A stretch of 64,000 bases of DNA, from assembly GCA_005884195.1 (NCBI GenBank), contig VBBP01000057.1, forward strand, positions 17,241 to 81,240, read 5' to 3'. Positions 29,174-38,727 of this stretch are shown here, piece by piece (position 1 is the stretch's first letter; every line of letters begins with the position of its first letter). The notes below the pieces were generated by a model that made no database searches, was not told where the DNA came from, and saw only the letters and a program-made list of their open reading frames with translations. The translations under genes were made by a program, and so were the position numbers. The stretch is from Candidatus Bathyarchaeota archaeon. Lineage in GTDB: Archaea; Thermoproteota; Bathyarchaeia; 40CM-2-53-6.

Positions 29174-29203
29174 TACTCAAGTCTCGCGCCGCCCTGTGTG
29201 GCG

Positions 29204-30163
29204 CTAGATCGGGACCTCTATCATCAGCTTCTCAAGAAGCTCCTTGTACCTATTCCGGATGGTAACCTCGGTCACATTTGCGATCTCCGCAATTTCCCGC
29301 TGCGTCTTCCGCTCATTCGTCAACACCGTCGCAATGTACGTGGATGCGGCGGCGATTCCCGCCGGACCCCGGCCGCTAGTCAACTTCATCTGGCGCGCAA
29401 TCTCCAAAATCCTGATTGCGATCCCCTCCGCCTTCCCTGATATCGTCAGCTTGTTCGAAAACCGAGCCGCATAATTCCTGTTCGCAGAAGGCGGCACAAA
29501 CATGCCCAGCTCACGCAGCATAAACCGGTAGCTACGACCAATATCCTTCTTGTTCAGCGTTGACACGCTAGCAATCTCATCTAGGGTTCGTGGAATGCCG
29601 CACTGACGACACGACATGTAGATCGCCGCGGCGGTCACATTGTGAATTGATCTCCCTCGGATTAGGCGCCGCTTAATCGCGCGACGATAAATCACAGAAG
29701 CAGTCTCGAGAATAGTCTTCGGTAGCGAGAGGGCCGACGAAAGTTTGCTCAGCTCCGACAATGCCACAGCGAGGTTCCTCTCGGTCGCATCCGACACCCG
29801 GACACGCCGCTGCCACTTACGCAGCTTGTAAAGCTCGATCCGTTGATCCGCAGAGACACCCTTTGTCCCGGTAGGGCGATCGCGCCAGTCGATGATGGTC
29901 GAGAGGCCCTTGTCATGAATTGTATACGTCATCGGAGCACCGGTACGAGCTCTCTTCGCGCGCTGCTCATCGTCGAACGCACGCCATTCCGGGCGCGTGT
30001 CAGCAATCTTTTCCTGCACAACGTATCCGCAGGCCATACACACTACTTCGGCCGCGTCGTAGTCCCTCATGAGCCGAGAGCCCCCACATTCCGGACACAA
30101 TCGTATTCTTCGCGAGCTGCTTTCAGGTCTCTGCTCTAGCGTCTGGCCTACTTCTTCAACCAA
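29204..30163 (-). CDS. tfb: transcription initiation factor IIB (TFB)
   Basis: N-terminal zinc ribbon CPECGG..CMACGY, B-reader, two cyclin-fold repeats, C-terminal HTH (IAEIANVTEVTIRNRYKEL). Confidence 0.9.
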   Translation of the reverse strand: MVEEVGQTLEQRPESSSRRIRLCPECGGSRLMRDYDAAEVVCMACGYVVQEKIADTRPEWRAFDDEQRAKRARTGAPMTYTIHDKGLSTIIDWRDRPTGTKGVSADQRIELYKLRKWQRRVRVSDATERNLAVALSELSKLSSALSLPKTILETASVIYRRAIKRRLIRGRSIHNVTAAAIYMSCRQCGIPRTLDEIASVSTLNKKDIGRSYRFMLRELGMFVPPSANRNYAARFSNKLTISGKAEGIAIRILEIARQMKLTSGRGPAGIAAASTYIATVLTNERKTQREIAEIANVTEVTIRNRYKELLEKLMIEVPI

Positions 30164-30178
30164 TTTTCCTTGTATCTC

Positions 30179-30385
30179 CTAACTATCCTCTAAAAGGTAC
30201 AAAACCCTGCCTGCGAACCCTTCACCAGCAACCTCTGGCTTGACAGAGACATATGGACTCTTCACAGGACCGAGAATATTGTTGACTGTCCCAATACTCT
30301 TGATCTTGTAATCGACCACTCGGACACGTTCTGCTGGCACTGGTGGCTGTTCGAGCCGAACAATCAGGTTACCGCTCTTCGACAT
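30179..30385 (-). CDS. gar1: H/ACA ribonucleoprotein subunit Gar1
   Basis: MSKSGNLIVRLEQ..VVDYKIKSIGTVNNILGPVKSPYVSVKP matches Gar1. Conserved gar1-tfb synteny. ORF track extends 23 codons further upstream (30454). Confidence 0.75.
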   Translation of the reverse strand: MSKSGNLIVRLEQPPVPAERVRVVDYKIKSIGTVNNILGPVKSPYVSVKPEVAGEGFAGRVLYLLEDS

Positions 30386-30540
30386 GTGCAGAACTTTGCC
30401 AAGCCGTCTTAATCCCGCACCTGGCACACTCCAATGAAAGGCGAAAAATGCCAAATCGCGTATATAAACATTGATTGGACGAGAAAGACTTCTAATTCAG
30501 CCAAGCGATACTATTGAACAACAAGGCTGCCGGTGAGGAA

Positions 30541-32505
30541 TTGATCCGCGAAGTCCAACTCTCCAACTTCATGTCCTACAAGAACACGAGCATCCCACTC
30601 CGGCCAGGCCTGAATCTGATCATCGGACCAAACGGCGCAGGAAAATCCTCCATACTACTGGCAATCTCCGTTGTTCTGGGACAAGCCTACACGGAGCGAG
30701 CGAAAAAACTCAGCGAGCTCATACGCTGGAACGAACAAGAAGCCCGGATATCACTCCTCTTGGACAACGAAGCACCGAAAGGCCCTCGACCGTTTCCGCA
30801 AGCGAGATCAGACAAAGTCCTCCTAACAAGAGTTCTCAAAAGATCCGGAGACTATCACTACTTGCTAAACAACAAACCGATTAGCAAGACCAACCTAGTC
30901 GAAGGACTATCCAGAATCGGACTCAACCCTGACAACATGCTTGTCATAATGCACCAGCTTATGGTCGGACGATTCGGCTCAGTCAGCCCAATAGACAAGC
31001 TACTCCTTTTGGAGGATGCAGTAGGGTTTGGAGCCTATCGTCGAGAGGTACTCGAGGCATCCTCCCGTTTGCAAAAACTCACGACTGAACGAGAGACAAT
31101 GTCCTCGGTCCTAGAAGGCACGAAGGAGACCTACTTGCATTGGCAGCGTGAATACGAGAAGTACGAGCTGAAGAGGAAACTTGAAGATCAGTACAAGGAT
31201 CTCCAGAGAGAACTAGTATGGAGACGCATCATTAGAAGAGAGTCCTCACAAGAGAGAGTCAAGGACCGCATCTCATCTTTGCACGGCAAGATAGAAGAGA
31301 CGAGAGAAGAGTTTGAGACATCGCACAAGCAACACCAGCAGGTCCTTGTTGACCTTGCAAATGTCTCAGAGCAACTGGAAGCGCTGAGGGCGGAGCACCT
31401 GAAGCTTGAGCATGGCCGCGGTCTTCGAGCAGGTGCACTCGAATGGATGGCAAGGGTCACGAGCCTCCTACGTTCACAACAGGACGTTTTGACTGCGCTT
31501 CAACTGAGAACTCATGATGTGAGCTTGGCAAAGGAGAACGACCAACTGAGTCACATATTATCTGACCTAGTGGACGAACGGGAAAAAATATCGGACACTG
31601 CGAAGAACGCGAACCAGGACTTTGAGAGAGTTCGCGTAGGGATTACCGAACTCGCTTCACAACTCAGCAAGAATACAGACCTACTCATAGACTCCAGAGT
31701 CAAGAAAGAAGTCAGCAACTTCAAACTCGCTTTGATGGAACAGGAGGTCCAAGAACTCGAGGTTCAGCTGCGAATTGGCCAAGAAGAAATAGAACCCCTA
31801 AGAACACAAGCATCTCAGCTCGGACCCGTTTTCGAGAATCCTAGAGACCTGCAGCAGATCTCGTTAGACGTCGCTTCCGTCCAAGAACGTTTACGCCCGC
31901 TCGCACATCTCTCCGCTGAGGTCGAAAAGATGTACAAGAACTATGGGGAGCTCTATGAAGGGCTAAGGAAAAAAGCCGAAGTTGTAGAACAGAATAGGTC
32001 CGAGGTTCTTGGCGAACTGAGAGAACGTTTCGACCGATGGAAAACGGTCATGGACAAGTTGCTGGAGGAACTCTCAACAAAATACAATACGTTGCTGTCG
32101 GAGGTGGAGTCAAAGGGACGAATCGTCATGAAAGCCTCCAAGGACATCGAGAAAGCAGGCCTCGAACTTTACGCGGGGTTCAAGGGAAACGAGCCAGTCT
32201 CGCTGGACGGTCTCGCTCCAAGTGGGGGCGAACGGACGGTCGCACTTGTCGCATTTCTCCTCTCCCTACAACAGTTCATCTCATCTCCTTTCAGGGCGAT
32301 CGATGAGTTCGACGTTCACATGGACCCGCGAAACAGGGAAACAGTATCCAAGCTCATCCACGCTGCCTCAAAGGCCACCGATTCTAGTCAGTACATTGCG
32401 ATCACGCCAGGACAGGTCACCATCCCAGGAGAAGAAAACGTCCATGTGATCGTTGTCCAGAATATCGAGGGCAGTTCCATGGTCAGGGAGCTAGCACAAC
32501 CATGA
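30541..32505 (+). CDS. short (654 aa) hinge-less SMC-like ATPase
   Basis: MIREVQLSNFMSYKN (TTG start), Walker A GPNGAGKSS, central coiled coil, signature LAPSGGERTVALVAF, Walker B/D-loop AIDEFDVHMD. No CxxC hook or Gly-rich hinge seen. Confidence 0.8.
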   Translation: MIREVQLSNFMSYKNTSIPLRPGLNLIIGPNGAGKSSILLAISVVLGQAYTERAKKLSELIRWNEQEARISLLLDNEAPKGPRPFPQARSDKVLLTRVLKRSGDYHYLLNNKPISKTNLVEGLSRIGLNPDNMLVIMHQLMVGRFGSVSPIDKLLLLEDAVGFGAYRREVLEASSRLQKLTTERETMSSVLEGTKETYLHWQREYEKYELKRKLEDQYKDLQRELVWRRIIRRESSQERVKDRISSLHGKIEETREEFETSHKQHQQVLVDLANVSEQLEALRAEHLKLEHGRGLRAGALEWMARVTSLLRSQQDVLTALQLRTHDVSLAKENDQLSHILSDLVDEREKISDTAKNANQDFERVRVGITELASQLSKNTDLLIDSRVKKEVSNFKLALMEQEVQELEVQLRIGQEEIEPLRTQASQLGPVFENPRDLQQISLDVASVQERLRPLAHLSAEVEKMYKNYGELYEGLRKKAEVVEQNRSEVLGELRERFDRWKTVMDKLLEELSTKYNTLLSEVESKGRIVMKASKDIEKAGLELYAGFKGNEPVSLDGLAPSGGERTVALVAFLLSLQQFISSPFRAIDEFDVHMDPRNRETVSKLIHAASKATDSSQYIAITPGQVTIPGEENVHVIVVQNIEGSSMVRELAQP

Positions 32506-33296
32506 CAGAGAAGGTCACTCGATCGTCCGGGAGACGGGAGTTAGAGGAACTAATTCAGACGTGCATTTCGATCGAGAATCGTCGGTTCAATCCATTTCTC
32601 CTGGACATCTCCGAAGCTCTCAGCATAATCCGGCGTCACTCGAACAAGCTGAGGACCCTTGAAGACCATTTGCTCGATATGCGTGCGATTACGAGCGTTG
32701 CTAGAGTTGTCGGATTGCAGAGCGCGGACCTCAGATTCCAGTCCAGCGCCCTCTATGTCGATCCCAGTATGGTAAAGGAAAAGCTCGATTCGCTATCGAG
32801 AGAACAACTGGCGGAGTTTCTCCTCCTCTCATGGCACCCGATCGTAGAGTTAGAACAACTAACGCTAGCGTCGACCAAGGAGGCGAAGGAATTTTGGGCA
32901 AAAATGCTCTCCTTCTTCGAGCGAAGAAAGAGACTCCACCTCGGCCCCTTCGCAATGCCTGAAACAACTGATCTAGGTGAGCTTACGCGGATGCGTGTTG
33001 TCGAAGAGAAAGCGTATACGAGAAAAATGCAAGACCTTTGGAAGGAACTCAAGGACAGTGCCGGGGAAGGCCAAAGAGTGGACTACTGGGACTTCATCGG
33101 AGCACCGGACTTTGCTCAGACTATTGTCAGGGCACAACTTGTCAGTTTTCTTGTGAGCTACGGATACGCGAACCTGCTGCGCAAAGGAAACCGCATGTTT
33201 CTAGTCGCGAAAGCAAAACCAGATCCTAACCTCGAAGGGTCGCCTCTCAGCTTTCCCATCCCCATCACAAAGGAGGTTCTCGTACGGGCGAAGTGA
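32502..33296 (+). CDS. ScpA (kleisin)-like protein
   Basis: ATG overlaps the SMC stop (ATGA). 264 aa. C-terminal ..IVRAQLVSFLVSYGYANLLRKGNRMFLVAKAK resembles the ScpA winged helix (..LVVTFLAVLELMK..I.I). N-terminus is more weakly similar. Confidence 0.5.
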   Translation: MTEKVTRSSGRRELEELIQTCISIENRRFNPFLLDISEALSIIRRHSNKLRTLEDHLLDMRAITSVARVVGLQSADLRFQSSALYVDPSMVKEKLDSLSREQLAEFLLLSWHPIVELEQLTLASTKEAKEFWAKMLSFFERRKRLHLGPFAMPETTDLGELTRMRVVEEKAYTRKMQDLWKELKDSAGEGQRVDYWDFIGAPDFAQTIVRAQLVSFLVSYGYANLLRKGNRMFLVAKAKPDPNLEGSPLSFPIPITKEVLVRAK

Positions 33297-33910
33297 AAGA
33301 CGAACCGGCGTACTACAATGAAAAGGTCAAGCGGGCGGCCCACATGCTCTTCTTCAAACGGGGAAGAGTACCTGGTGCAAGATCCTGGGAGTTGAAAACT
33401 GGTCTCGGAAAAGGGTACACAAAAGTCCTTGAACAGCTTGATGAGAGTCTGAAAGACTTGGATCTTGAAGTCAAGAAGGTCGAACCTCAGACCTTGTCAG
33501 ATTACAAACCTGGACCAGGCGACGGGGAAGAAGAATCGCGCTATTTCGTTCGTCTCAAAGGAACACTGGCTCCAAAGGAAGCAAGACTATGCGGCTGGAG
33601 AATCGACAATCTCGCGGCCCTTGCCGCCTCATTAGCGCTTGTAGTATCCAAACAGGGCAAGAGCGAAAGGAAAGAGATCGAAACTGTCATCGGGAACAAG
33701 GCCGGGCGCTGGAGAGCACTGACTCTAATGGACACTTTCCTGAGATCCGGTTACCTAGAGGAAGACGAGGAAGGACTGGTCAAGCTTGGCTGGCGGACGC
33801 GCGCGGAACTCGATCTTCCGAGTCTAATGATGTTATTGGCAGAATCAAAGGCGCCGTCCCCGGAAAACATCGAGCCCGTGGACGAGGATCAGGCGTCGAT
33901 GGATGGCTGA
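33293..33910 (+). CDS. ScpB (kite)-like protein with two winged-helix-like halves
   Basis: GTG overlaps the preceding stop (GTGA). LAALAASLALVVSKQGKSERKEIETVIGNKAGRWRALTLMDTFLRSGYLEE resembles the ScpB second WH (..LAIIAYRQPITRAEIEEVRGV..L..L...GLI). The first half is also WH-like. Confidence 0.5.
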   Translation: MKDEPAYYNEKVKRAAHMLFFKRGRVPGARSWELKTGLGKGYTKVLEQLDESLKDLDLEVKKVEPQTLSDYKPGPGDGEEESRYFVRLKGTLAPKEARLCGWRIDNLAALAASLALVVSKQGKSERKEIETVIGNKAGRWRALTLMDTFLRSGYLEEDEEGLVKLGWRTRAELDLPSLMMLLAESKAPSPENIEPVDEDQASMDG

Positions 33911-34347
33911 AGACTCTCAAGATACTTCTTGCCTTGAGGCACAGCAGCAGCGCATAACTTGTCAAACGGAAGAATCTTCTCGTCCCATTCGGAGACTTCT
34001 TCAGGGTGGAGCTTCAGGAATCCTTTGTCCTCGCTGACTCTTCCCCATACAAGCATGTAGCGGCGGTCTGTGTAGCCGCCGGTTGGGATCCCGGTTATGT
34101 GGTTGAAAAGAACTCCAACCCTAGCGCCCGCGCCCATCATTGTTGGGTAAGCGCTGGGTTTTCTCAGGAGAATCTCGCCGTTCTCTGAAAGCAGAAAATC
34201 GGTTGCGACACTGAAGGGGAAACCATCCTTGTCGATCCAAGTGACTACACCATACCTGAAGAGTGACAGTCTATCGGGATCGACGAGTTCTAAAGCGGTC
34301 AAAGGCTGACTGCCTCCGGAGCCTTGGAGGTATCTCCGTTCTTCCAT
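33889..34347 (-). CDS. pyridoxamine 5'-phosphate oxidase-like (split-barrel, FMN/F420-binding) protein
   Basis: ..WIDKDGFPFSVATDFLL..GEILLRK.. PNPOx-like pattern. Track ORF 33889..34398; start placed at internal ATG (MEERRY) to reduce overlap with the next paralog. Confidence 0.5.
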   Translation of the reverse strand: MEERRYLQGSGGSQPLTALELVDPDRLSLFRYGVVTWIDKDGFPFSVATDFLLSENGEILLRKPSAYPTMMGAGARVGVLFNHITGIPTGGYTDRRYMLVWGRVSEDKGFLKLHPEEVSEWDEKILPFDKLCAAAVPQGKKYLESLQPSIDA

Positions 34348-34778
34348 GCAAGTATCTTCCTTGGTTCTACTTCTACCACGATTCTTTTCCAGAACCATGC
34401 AAATTGCTCCCGAGCCGCAAGGAATCCGTCAATGTAAGGCTCCTTCTTTCGCCACATGGGTAGGTATCGTTCCCATGCATGGTCGAGGTCAGAATCTTCG
34501 ATCTTGGCAATGCCTTGGACGAGGACTACGTGCTTCTCAACTCCACTTCCTTCGGGGTTGGAGAAGAGGAGGGAGACCTTCGGGTTCCTTTTCATGTGCT
34601 CAATCTTGCGAGAGAACAGTATACTCGATGTTACAACGAACTTGGCCGAGTTGTTATCGTAGAAGAACAGTAGAGGAAAAGTAACAGGCTTCCCGTTGTC
34701 TATGGAGGTGAACTCGCAGATCAGGTAATGTTCGAAGACTTCTTGAACCCAGCTCGGAGCCTTCATTTGTCCGTTCAC
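34299..34778 (-). CDS. second PNPOx-like split-barrel flavoprotein (tandem paralog)
   Basis: ..SIDNGKPVTFPLLFFYD..KVSLLFSNPEG..HVVLVQGIAKI.. Confidence 0.5.
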   Translation of the reverse strand: MNGQMKAPSWVQEVFEHYLICEFTSIDNGKPVTFPLLFFYDNNSAKFVVTSSILFSRKIEHMKRNPKVSLLFSNPEGSGVEKHVVLVQGIAKIEDSDLDHAWERYLPMWRKKEPYIDGFLAAREQFAWFWKRIVVEVEPRKILAWKNGDTSKAPEAVSL

Positions 34779-34832
34779 CTTAAGGGGGCGCTTCTGGGGG
34801 CCGGTTGGCTATAAAACCGCTGATTGAACTGT

Positions 34833-35924
34833 TCACGCTTCTTTCGGGATTTGTCTTAGAAATTCCTTAGGGTACTGTTTCGAATTCAGAAGCGAGAGGA
34901 ACTCTCCCTTCTTGATTGATGCTCTGGCGGATTCTAGCTCCAGTCTCTGAGCGAGATGATCGTGGACCTTTGCCTTTGCTAGTACGTCCAATACTTTGCC
35001 CTCGTAGAACGGCTCTAGGTCCTTTCCTTGGCAGACTGCGCAGTTGCAGCTCGTCGAGTTTCCTCTAATCTCTTCGTAGTCTCTCTTTTTCAGGGCGCCC
35101 CAGCCTTTTCGATCGAAGACATTGATCACCTCTTTCGTAAGTGGTGTTGGTGGGGGTGGGACGATCCATCTCGAGAAGCTGTCGATGCTGAACATTGGCA
35201 GGATCATTCCTTGGCTGCAAGGCATTGGGCTGCGTCCCAGCCGGATCTTAGGAGGGACTTGGAACGCATGGAGCCAGACTTCGGGTTTTCTCTTCTTGAA
35301 ATCCTCCATCACTCGGAGAGTGTGATAGTGGAATCCGCCTTTGAGATCAAGTCCGACCTGGGCGGACTCGTGCTTTTCAACTATCTTGACAAGTTGCGCA
35401 GCGACCTCCTTGTTGTCCGAGGCTTGTATTATTGGCATCAACGGCTTTTCGACGCCGCGTTCCTCCATCCAGCGCTCCGCGAAACGGAACTGCGCGTCGA
35501 AATCATCAGGGCTCATATCGGTCGTGTGTTGAACGGTAATGATGTCAAGGCCAGCCAGGTACTGCAAGTCCAGGATCGTCTTCAAGTCCTGAGTCTCTTT
35601 CACCATCGCTCCGCCTTTGAAGGCGAGGTACAGGAGACGGACAGCGTCAGGGCTGGTTTCTCTTGACAGAAATCTCGCAGTAGACTTCAAGGCTTCTTCC
35701 TGAGTGAGAATTCTCTTGATTGTATCTGGCGGAGCAAGCCGGGCGAGAACGGCCACTTCTCCGGGCAGTGGTTCTTTCATTCCTGCAGGCTTGAGCGCGT
35801 TTCTCTCAGGGCTAATGGGGAATCTGTTTGGAAGAGGAATCCGCTGTTGTCCGATCCTTAGCTCGGATTGAATCGCGCTGGTCTTTGAATCGACTCTGAT
35901 CTGGCTGAGCTGGACTGCAGACAT
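34833..35924 (-). CDS. divergent tRNA-guanine transglycosylase (TGT/DpdA superfamily)-like protein
   Basis: C-terminal CNCAVCQGK...(22 aa)...HDH matches the TGT zinc motif CxCxxC..H. ~40 aa upstream ..MFSIDSFSRW.. resembles the catalytic-Asp motif (DMFDCV/DLFDSA). First ~48 codons may be upstream of the real start. Confidence 0.4.
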   Translation of the reverse strand: MSAVQLSQIRVDSKTSAIQSELRIGQQRIPLPNRFPISPERNALKPAGMKEPLPGEVAVLARLAPPDTIKRILTQEEALKSTARFLSRETSPDAVRLLYLAFKGGAMVKETQDLKTILDLQYLAGLDIITVQHTTDMSPDDFDAQFRFAERWMEERGVEKPLMPIIQASDNKEVAAQLVKIVEKHESAQVGLDLKGGFHYHTLRVMEDFKKRKPEVWLHAFQVPPKIRLGRSPMPCSQGMILPMFSIDSFSRWIVPPPPTPLTKEVINVFDRKGWGALKKRDYEEIRGNSTSCNCAVCQGKDLEPFYEGKVLDVLAKAKVHDHLAQRLELESARASIKKGEFLSLLNSKQYPKEFLRQIPKEA

Positions 35925-35978
35925 TACGTGAGGAGAATGTCGGGGGCAGTAAAAAGAGGCTTCGATCGCGGCACGATC

Positions 35979-37331
35979 CTAGTAGTCTTGGTCGTTTGAC
36001 TCTGTGGCTCCTTCCGCGGATTCCGCGACCGCTTCGCCCGGTTCTGCAACCGGTTCGCTCTGCTCCGCAACCTGTTCGCTGGGAGCCGCTTCTTCCACTT
36101 TCTCTTCCGGTTGCGGCTCGGGTGCCGTCGACGCTTTCTTCCATGGAAGTCGGAACAATGAGCGATGAGGCGCTGCAGCCCCAGTTGAAGACTCGTCCGG
36201 GCTTTGGCCGACCATTTTGGCTCTATAAGCGTTCAACTCAACTGATACAAGGTGTCTTCTGATCAGGAACATCATCGTAAAGATTCCCGCAGCGAACACC
36301 GTTGCGTTGACGATGATTGAGAGGTCGATTCTAGTTATTGGGACTTGGAGGATGAAGTAGAACTGTGCGACCGCGTAGACTGAGCCGAATGCGAACACTA
36401 GGAAGGGTAGAACCTGGCTCCAGCGACGGTCCGAACGTGTAACCGTTTTTCTCGCAAACGTCTGCATCGCACCAATAACGGAAACCAGCATCAGACCGCT
36501 ATCGACTAGAGGATTGGATGGCTGGTTTTGGGTGATGTATCCGATCGCCAGTGTTGTCGCGCGGTATAGCAGATAGCCCCAGAGAACCAGAAATGTTCCT
36601 CCAGCGAAGACCGCGGCTTGCGGTTTCTTCTGTACGATAACTCTCCAGCCCCAGAGTGCGGTGAAAAAATAGGTTGCGAGGAGGAGTACTGTCACAATCA
36701 TTGTCCAGATGAGTATCTTGTCGGTCGCTCCCTGAACATTCTGGTATGTTGAGCTAAGCCAGTTCGAGATTGCCCACACGCCGTATGTCAGCGGGGCGAT
36801 TGGGAGAAAGAGTGTGGATATTCCCAGGGTCCTCATTATCCTCTTGGCGTGTCCTTCGCCGGTCAGGCCTCTCTCTACTTTGACCAGGAGCTGGGAAACC
36901 GGTGTAACGATGAAGTAGGCCTGCAGGAGAATCCATGTGTAGAAGATTATGATGAACGCGGGGAATATCGGGAGCGCTTCCACCGTTCCGGCTTGTTGGA
37001 TCCAATATGCGATGCCGGCGATCATAGGTGCGTACGCTAGGGCGAGAATGATGATGCGTCTTGTCATTCTTGAGAACAGGATTGTGTTCCTGAATTTTTC
37101 GAGGAGAGCGAGTGGGGTGAGGACTAAGTATACTCCTGTGGTGCTGGCGCCGGCGATGAAGATGAGGGTCCATGCTTGTGCAAAACCGAGATTCGCGCCG
37201 ACATACGCGGTTGCGAATAGGAAGGACATGAGGACGGTGAAGATCAACGTGTGTCCGCGGACGCCTGGAGAAAGGAGCAGCCTGATCGAGCTGGGCAGAT
37301 AGAATCTAGATTTCTGTTCCGGTAGAGTCAA
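35979..37331 (-). CDS. polytopic membrane protein (~10 TM) with acidic E/A/P-rich C-terminal tail
   Basis: 450 aa, many hydrophobic helices. Tail ..PEPQPEEKVEEAAPSEQVAEQSEPVAEPGEAVAESAEGATE. Confidence 0.5.
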   Translation of the reverse strand: MTLPEQKSRFYLPSSIRLLLSPGVRGHTLIFTVLMSFLFATAYVGANLGFAQAWTLIFIAGASTTGVYLVLTPLALLEKFRNTILFSRMTRRIIILALAYAPMIAGIAYWIQQAGTVEALPIFPAFIIIFYTWILLQAYFIVTPVSQLLVKVERGLTGEGHAKRIMRTLGISTLFLPIAPLTYGVWAISNWLSSTYQNVQGATDKILIWTMIVTVLLLATYFFTALWGWRVIVQKKPQAAVFAGGTFLVLWGYLLYRATTLAIGYITQNQPSNPLVDSGLMLVSVIGAMQTFARKTVTRSDRRWSQVLPFLVFAFGSVYAVAQFYFILQVPITRIDLSIIVNATVFAAGIFTMMFLIRRHLVSVELNAYRAKMVGQSPDESSTGAAAPHRSLFRLPWKKASTAPEPQPEEKVEEAAPSEQVAEQSEPVAEPGEAVAESAEGATESNDQDY

Positions 37332-37580
37332 AACGTGTTCTCGCCAGGCTAGCCTAGGTTACTGGTCTGCGGAGAAAGGCCTAATCATTTCGATGATACC
37401 GGCTCTTTGCTTGGCTCGTAACTGAACCAATCCCACCTTGTAAACAGGACCACGAAAATTCCGGCCCGACGGTTGTTGTAGCCCATGTTAGGCTCGTCCA
37501 AGAGGTTATATGGAGTTCCACAAGTCGCGGTTCAAGGGTCTTAGAAATTGGTCGAAGCTCACTATCATCCGAAAGGCGAG

Positions 37581-37859
37581 ATGAAGCGGCACGTTCGCGC
37601 TTTCATCTATGTCGCTGCGGTTCTTGGAAAAGAATCAAAGGTTGCGGACGCGTTGTTCAAGCTCGCCGAGGTCAAAGAGGTTCATGTGATTCCTGGCCGA
37701 CATGATATCATGGCCGTTGTAGAGGTTCAGAGAAAACTTCTCGAGCCTGACGCCCAGAGCATCTACTGGTTCATTCTTGAACGTATCAAGACGATCGGGG
37801 ATGTCACGGACACAGAGACTTTGATTCCGATCGTGTCAGCTTCGAAATGGTCTGACTAG
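37581..37859 (+). CDS. stand-alone RAM-domain (Lrp/AsnC C-terminal-like) protein
   Basis: MKRHVRAFIYVAAVLGKESKVADALFKLAEVKEVHVIPGRHDIMAVVEV resembles the AsnC-type ligand-binding domain. ATG 37581 chosen over track TTG 37548. Confidence 0.5.
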   Translation: MKRHVRAFIYVAAVLGKESKVADALFKLAEVKEVHVIPGRHDIMAVVEVQRKLLEPDAQSIYWFILERIKTIGDVTDTETLIPIVSASKWSD

Positions 37860-38727
37860 CCACTCTACCACACGTCCCGCGCGAGGGTCGGTCGCTAAGA
37901 TCCCTGTTTTCCCCGAATCGTTTCCTGTCCAGGACCGATTCCGGCGAGTCTGGCCGATTCAGGCATGGTTTGCTCTTCGATCGGACAAGCAATATCGCGT
38001 TTTTCGGCGTGTCTCGTCCTTGAGTGTTCGACCAACCTTTCAGATTCGAGACCAGGGCTTGTTTCGGGCGAGCTTAGCAAGGTTTTCGCTTGATGGGGTT
38101 GCGCTGGTCTCAGAAATCACTCAAAAGAGTCCAGCCGTGGAGGTTGATTCTTTGCAGTTTTCTCGTTCCACTAAGGCTCGGTTTCTTTTCTTGAGAGCTG
38201 TTAGTCTCGGTTTCTCGTTCTGGGGCTACCGGATCAGGATGAGCAAGATCCGGCTAGCGAGGACGGCTTCAATAAAGGCGTCCCTGGGCTCAGTCGCATT
38301 TGATACTTGAGGTTGGGAGATAGTTGTCTGTCTACCGTCCATGAGGTATCAATGCGAATGCTGGCCTATGCTCATCATAAAAGGGGCACCGACGGTTTCC
38401 ACCTAATTACCTCAGTTTTCTCCTGCCGATTCCGTTGGGAACCAGAAGCGGATCATGGATTCCACAAGCCTAGATGATGCCACGTTGTGCATTCCCCGGG
38501 CTGGCTTCGATTTCAGTGGAGATGCATTTCTTCATCTGGGCGAGGTGCCCTCTGTGCAGGTCAGTCCACATCATTGGCGTGTTTCCGACTCTCATCGGGA
38601 AGACTCAATCTTTGGAACGCCGTTAAACAACTCCCGCCAGCGGTATATTGGGTTTAGCGGCGGCAATGGCTGGCTGACAAAGTCTTAATGGATCAAAGAT
38701 TAGGAACCCGGCAAATCTTCACGGGGT

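Noticed and set aside
35028-35666. 212-aa plus-strand ORF opposite the TGT-like gene
   Set aside because: No motifs. The minus frame carries the CxCxxC..H zinc motif and is longer.
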